Shown here one piece after another: positions 59,635 to 64,000 of a DNA stretch of 64,000 nucleotides. Made by a program: the position numbers and the translations under genes. Under the pieces are notes generated by a model. It saw nothing but the letters and a program-made list of their open reading frames with translations, was not told the origin of the DNA and did no database searches. This DNA comes from Chloroflexota bacterium (GTDB lineage Bacteria; Chloroflexota; UBA11872; VXOZ01): positions 896,001 through 960,000 of the forward strand of contig OZ244922.1 in assembly GCA_965221905.1 (NCBI GenBank). The letters are read 5' to 3'. Each line of letters starts with the position of its first letter. Position 1 is the first letter of the stretch.

Positions 59635-60858
59635 ATGAAGCCGTCATCCGCCCATGTCTTCACCCTCTCGTGGGCTGCAATGTCTGCCTTCTTCGTCATC
59701 CTCTTCTTCAATGTTGGCGCTGCCAATCCGCCGCGCGCGCAACTGCCGGTCTACGTAGAGAGCGTGCTGGCAGCGGCGCCAATCGTCACCTCAATTGTCC
59801 AATCCACGTTTCACATCGTTTTTGCGGCGATGCTGCTGGTTGGCGGCTTTCTCGCCGACCGTTTCCGTCCCAAGCGGACATTTGTCATCGGCTTGCTGAC
59901 ACCGGCCGTTGCCGGCTTTTTGTTTATTGCGCAGGAGGTCTGGCAACTCGCGCTCGTAGCGGCGCTCACCGGCGCCTTCTTTGCGTTGCACGCTGCCGGC
60001 AGTCGGGCCTATCTCGTGCTGGCGGTGCCGCTCAAACGCATGGGACTGCTCGGCAACCTCTATGAGCTTGGGTTTACGTTGGGCGCAGCTCTCGGCAACG
60101 CCGCAGTGGGCATCATCGCCGCGCGGTCCGGCTTTCCACTCGCCGGCATTATCATCGTAGCGTTGGGATTTCTCACCGCTCTTGCCGCGCAGCTTTGGCT
60201 GCCATCGGTCAAGCCGAAGGTAGTGAGTGCCGAGCCCATAACGCTAGGGAGCTACTGGCAGATGGTGCAGCGCCGCTCGGTGCAACTCTTGCTCCTCTTG
60301 CGCGCTCTGCCGACGATCTATTGGGCCACCGGGCAACTGGTGATCGGCATCCAACTCTTGCGATTGACAGAGTCTCCCGTAGCGCCGGCCCTTTTCTACG
60401 CGGCAAGCCTCTTGGCGATTGGCACCACCATGATGCCTGTGGGCTGGGCTGCCGATCGGTGGGGCAGCGCGCATCCGGTAGTCGCGTCTACTGTGCTGGT
60501 GATTGTCGGGTCGGTGTTGGCGGCAATATTCATAGGCAATGTATGGGGGCTGGCCTGTGGGGCCTTTGTGGGGCACCTCGGCGCATGGTGGCTCTCCGGT
60601 CTCTTTCCGCTGCTCGTTGCTGAAAGCGGAGCGCACGACGAACAAGGCCGATTGACTGCCGTCACGGAGATGGCGTGGAGCCTTGGCGCGGTGGTGGGCG
60701 CTTTGGGAGCCGGAGTGCTCCTGACCCTCCATCTGAGCGCGCCGTTCTTGATGGCGGCATGGCTGAACATACCAACGCTTTTCGTTGCCATGCTCGTCGC
60801 GAGCGGCGGGCACAGGGCATTTTCCAAAGAGCAGGTTGCAACGAACGAAGCAGGATAA
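59635..60858 (+). CDS. MFS transporter, paralog 1
   Basis: GGFLADRFRPK and GWAADRWG motif-A loops, about 12 TM. Start uncertain (frame open from 59467). Confidence 0.85.
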   Translation: MKPSSAHVFTLSWAAMSAFFVILFFNVGAANPPRAQLPVYVESVLAAAPIVTSIVQSTFHIVFAAMLLVGGFLADRFRPKRTFVIGLLTPAVAGFLFIAQEVWQLALVAALTGAFFALHAAGSRAYLVLAVPLKRMGLLGNLYELGFTLGAALGNAAVGIIAARSGFPLAGIIIVALGFLTALAAQLWLPSVKPKVVSAEPITLGSYWQMVQRRSVQLLLLLRALPTIYWATGQLVIGIQLLRLTESPVAPALFYAASLLAIGTTMMPVGWAADRWGSAHPVVASTVLVIVGSVLAAIFIGNVWGLACGAFVGHLGAWWLSGLFPLLVAESGAHDEQGRLTAVTEMAWSLGAVVGALGAGVLLTLHLSAPFLMAAWLNIPTLFVAMLVASGGHRAFSKEQVATNEAG

Positions 60859-60891
60859 CGCACGAAGGTTAAGGGGAGGAAATTGTAGCAT

Positions 60892-62136
60892 ATGGTCTCA
60901 AAGTTGCACGCGCGTATGGGCAAATTAGGCACGTGGCGGCCGGTCCTGATAATGTTCGGCCTGCTCTTCCTAAACCTGACATTCATGAGTCCGGCGCAGG
61001 GCCTTCTTCCGGTCTTTGTCGAGAAGGTGCTCGAGCGGTCTCCCTTCTTTACCGCGATTGTCGTCTCGCTGAACACGGCGGTCTATGGCGTCATGCTGTT
61101 GGTCGGCGGAGTGCTGGCCGACCGTCTGGGCGCGAAATGGACGTTAGTTCTGGGGTTCTGCGGGGCGATCGCGGTGGGTCTTATGCTGCGATTGGAGTCG
61201 GCATGGATGTTGCTTATCATCGCGCCGGTGTACGGTCTGCTTTTCTCGTTTATGACCACGGGGAGCCGCTCGTACCTAGCGCGTGCCCTGCCGTTGACGC
61301 AGATGGGCATCGGCGGCGCTCTGTATTTCTTGAGCCTCATCGTCTCTATGGCGGTTGGCAGCGCAATAGGCGGCAGAATCGCGGATACGGTGGGATTTGG
61401 CACATTGGGCCTGATTTCCATTATCGCCGGTGTTGTGCTCGTGCCGCTGACTGCCTGGTTGCTGCCTTCCGTCCACGCCGAACCCGATAAGACGGAGTCC
61501 GGTGACGAATCCCCGCAGAACAAAGCGAGGTTCACGGACTACCTAGACATGTTGCGCGACTCGCGCATTCTCGCCCTCTGCGGCCTGCGCTTCTGCGCCA
61601 CGTACTTCTACGGCACTATGAATTTGCTTTTGGTGCTGCAACTCTTTCGGCTTACGGAATCGGTCACGTTTGTGGGGCTTTACGGCAGCGTGATCCTGTT
61701 TATCATCGGGCCGACACAACTTGCAATCGGCTGGATTGCAGATAAGCGCGGCCGGGAAGGGCCGGTGCGCATGGCAGCCGTGCTCGTGATGGGCGGTGCC
61801 GTGCTCATAACGCTCCTCATCAACAACGTTTGGGGTCTGGCCGCCGGCGGTCTTTTGGCTAATATGGGCGCCTGGTGGTTTTCAGGGCTCTATCCGAAGC
61901 TGGTGGCGGAGGCCGGCCCGCCGGAGGAGCAAGGACGCCTCATCGCCATTACGGAGTTCTTTTGGGCTGTGGGCATTTTGGCGGGAACGCTCATCTCCGG
62001 CGCACTGGTATTGGTCTTTCTGCAACTGCCGTTCATTGTCTGCATAGCGGTCACGATTCCCATGTTCCTATTGGCCTTGCTGGTTGCGCGGGGCTACCAT
62101 CGGGCACCTGAGGAACGTGCGAAGGCTGCCAGTTAG
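60892..62136 (+). CDS. MFS transporter, paralog 2
   Basis: GGVLADRLGAK, GWIADKRG, about 12 TM. GGGGAGG upstream. Confidence 0.88.
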   Translation: MVSKLHARMGKLGTWRPVLIMFGLLFLNLTFMSPAQGLLPVFVEKVLERSPFFTAIVVSLNTAVYGVMLLVGGVLADRLGAKWTLVLGFCGAIAVGLMLRLESAWMLLIIAPVYGLLFSFMTTGSRSYLARALPLTQMGIGGALYFLSLIVSMAVGSAIGGRIADTVGFGTLGLISIIAGVVLVPLTAWLLPSVHAEPDKTESGDESPQNKARFTDYLDMLRDSRILALCGLRFCATYFYGTMNLLLVLQLFRLTESVTFVGLYGSVILFIIGPTQLAIGWIADKRGREGPVRMAAVLVMGGAVLITLLINNVWGLAAGGLLANMGAWWFSGLYPKLVAEAGPPEEQGRLIAITEFFWAVGILAGTLISGALVLVFLQLPFIVCIAVTIPMFLLALLVARGYHRAPEERAKAAS

Positions 62137-62522
62137 CAAAAGCCAACAGCCAAGAACGCACACGATGTCTGCTGGCGGAACGATGCCACTTGTCCAAAGC
62201 AGACTTTCCTCTACTGCCGTTGATTGAAGGCGAACGGGATGGGAGCGAGATGGATGGAGCACCGCTACTCTTGGTAGCGCAGGTTTGAAACCTGCGTCCG
62301 CTTGGTGCTAATGCGTTTGCGAAGGTTATCAGGATCTCGAAACGACAACGGAGAGGATTTGTCCTAAACACGGTCTATACACCGGTGGAGGGGGGCGAAC
62401 CGCTCCTGACTTGTGCTCCCGTCCACTGTGAATTGGGATCTCTTACCGTTGTGAACCATCCCATTCCTGGGTGTATAATCGAATGCGAAATGCGGAACAA
62501 CAGGAATTGAGAAAGCTGCTCC

Positions 62523-63311
62523 ATGATCATCGACGTTCACGTTCATACACGCCTGGGGCCGGACCCCGGGGGATTCCAGTACCTGCTGGACCAAGCAGAG
62601 GCTCTCGACGTGACTCTCTGCGTTAACAGTTTGAGCCCGAAAGACGGCACCGGCATGCCTTATGATCCGACCGAGGACGAAGTTAAGCGCTGCAATGACT
62701 GGACCGCAGAACTGGCTGCCGCCCATCCGGCGCGCATAATTCCGATGTGGTACCTCAATCCGGCGCACGGCGACTTCGCCTGCCGGGAGCTTGAGCAGCG
62801 CGTTGCAGCGTATACAGGTCTTCAGGGAGTAAAACTCTGGGTAGCGGTGCGCTGCAATGACTCGCGTCTCGACCCCATCATGCGACTTTGCGCTACCCAC
62901 AAATTGCCGGTGCTGCAGCACACGTGGTTCAAGGTCACGGGCAATCTGCCCGGAGAGTCCACGCCAATGGATCTGCGCGTCTTGGCGTTGCGGCATCCGA
63001 GCGTTAGTTTCTTCTGGGGCCACAGCGGCGGCGACTATGAGTATGGGGCCAAGTGCGCGCGCGGCCTCCCGAACGTTTACATGGACCTGGGCGGTGGCGA
63101 AGCCATGAGCGGCTACGTTGATATACTTGCGGAGCACGAGACCGCCGATCACATCGTCTTTGGCAGCGACGCGCCGGGGCGCTCGCTCGCTTCCCAGCTT
63201 GCCAAGGTGTATGGCGCGGATCTCGATGACGAAGAGCGTGAGAAGATCCTCTACCGCAATGCGCAGGCTATCTTCGCTCGCCAAGAAGTAACCAACGGAG
63301 CAACGTCATGA
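62523..63311 (+). CDS. amidohydrolase family 2 (TIM-barrel metallohydrolase)
   Basis: IIDVHVH, GVKL, PVLQHT, GHSGG, IVFGSDAP. Confidence 0.88.
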   Translation: MIIDVHVHTRLGPDPGGFQYLLDQAEALDVTLCVNSLSPKDGTGMPYDPTEDEVKRCNDWTAELAAAHPARIIPMWYLNPAHGDFACRELEQRVAAYTGLQGVKLWVAVRCNDSRLDPIMRLCATHKLPVLQHTWFKVTGNLPGESTPMDLRVLALRHPSVSFFWGHSGGDYEYGAKCARGLPNVYMDLGGGEAMSGYVDILAEHETADHIVFGSDAPGRSLASQLAKVYGADLDDEEREKILYRNAQAIFARQEVTNGATS

Positions 63312-64000
63312 TCGATGCCAACGCGTATGTGGGCAATTGGCCGTTTCGCCAGTTGCGCTACACCACACCGGCCGCCCTGCTCGGCAAGATGGACGCGCTC
63401 GGCATCGAAAAGGCCGTGGTGTCGTCGCTCGAGAACGTTTTCTACAAAGACCTGCTTGCAGGTAACCGAATTCTCCATGCCCTGGTGAAAGCGCACGCGG
63501 ACCGCTTCCTCCCCGCGTTCACCATCAATCCGACCTTTCCCGGGTGGGAAGAAGACCTGGAGATTTGCGTGCAGGAATTAGGCATGCGTGTCATGCGGCT
63601 GCATCCGAACTACCACCAATACGCGCTGGACGCGGCAGAGTGCACGGCGGTGCTGGAAGCAGCCCGCGCGCACGGGTTCGTAGTGATTGTCACTATCGGT
63701 ATGGAAGACACGCGCCACCACCACCCGCTGATAAAGGTGCCCGATGTGCCGAGCGGGCAGGTGGCAGCGGCCGTCTCCGCATTTTCTGACGTGCCGTTTC
63801 TCGTTGCCGCCGGTTCGTTCTCAGCGCAAAACGCGGTATGGGCGCAGTCCACGCACACAGGAAACCTCAATATCGACATTTCACGGGTGCAAGGGCCGGT
63901 GGGAGATATTGAGAAGCTCTGCGAAACGATGGGCGCCGACCACGTGCTATTCGGCACCAACTTGCCGCTGCACGTGCCCGAAGCTGCGACGATGGCAATT
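63308..64000 (+). CDS. amidohydrolase-like partner protein, partial (runs off right edge)
   Basis: Not in the ORF track. ATGA overlap at 63308; hand translation MIDANAYVGNWPFRQLRY...INPTFPGWEEDL...RLHPNYHQY...VLFGTNLPL. Confidence 0.8.
   Translation, partial: MIDANAYVGNWPFRQLRYTTPAALLGKMDALGIEKAVVSSLENVFYKDLLAGNRILHALVKAHADRFLPAFTINPTFPGWEEDLEICVQELGMRVMRLHPNYHQYALDAAECTAVLEAARAHGFVVIVTIGMEDTRHHHPLIKVPDVPSGQVAAAVSAFSDVPFLVAAGSFSAQNAVWAQSTHTGNLNIDISRVQGPVGDIEKLCETMGADHVLFGTNLPLHVPEAATMAI

Noticed and set aside
62371-62381. CGGTCTATACA matching the IS481 end
   Set aside because: Only 11 bp, with no partner end, subterminal repeats or target duplication.

Overview
GC-rich bacterial chromosome segment. 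The gene mix (paralogous class-III aminotransferases, PhyH dioxygenase, sulfatase, DUF3604-like proteins, ankyrin protein, TAT solute-binding lipoproteins, MqnP-type prenyltransferase) suggests a Chloroflexota lineage, possibly host- or sponge-associated; this is inference only. I call about 45 coding regions: a glycosyltransferase block, catabolic enzymes, groEL, ctaA, copA plus a YHS protein, lipA/lipB split by a methyltransferase and an MNT-HEPN toxin-antitoxin pair, two MFS paralogs and an amidohydrolase pair. Two CDSs at the window edges (<1..560 and 63308..>64000) are absent from the ORF track and were translated by hand. Mobile and defence content: a complete IS481-family element with a 5-bp target duplication, inserted in a palindromic hairpin, and an AT-richer Dsr1-like sirtuin gene interrupted by one in-frame TGA. 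Several REP-like palindrome families are dispersed through the window, and one half-copy lies in frame inside copA. Other oddities are a stand-alone lipoprotein made of four tandem Cache domains, several apparent pseudo-enzymes (Lnt-like Cys->Ala, an M55 peptidase lacking its Zn ligands, an amidohydrolase lacking HxH) and three orphan SBP paralogs. I found no rRNA, intact tRNA or CRISPR array. All family calls come from motif recognition by eye, not database searches.
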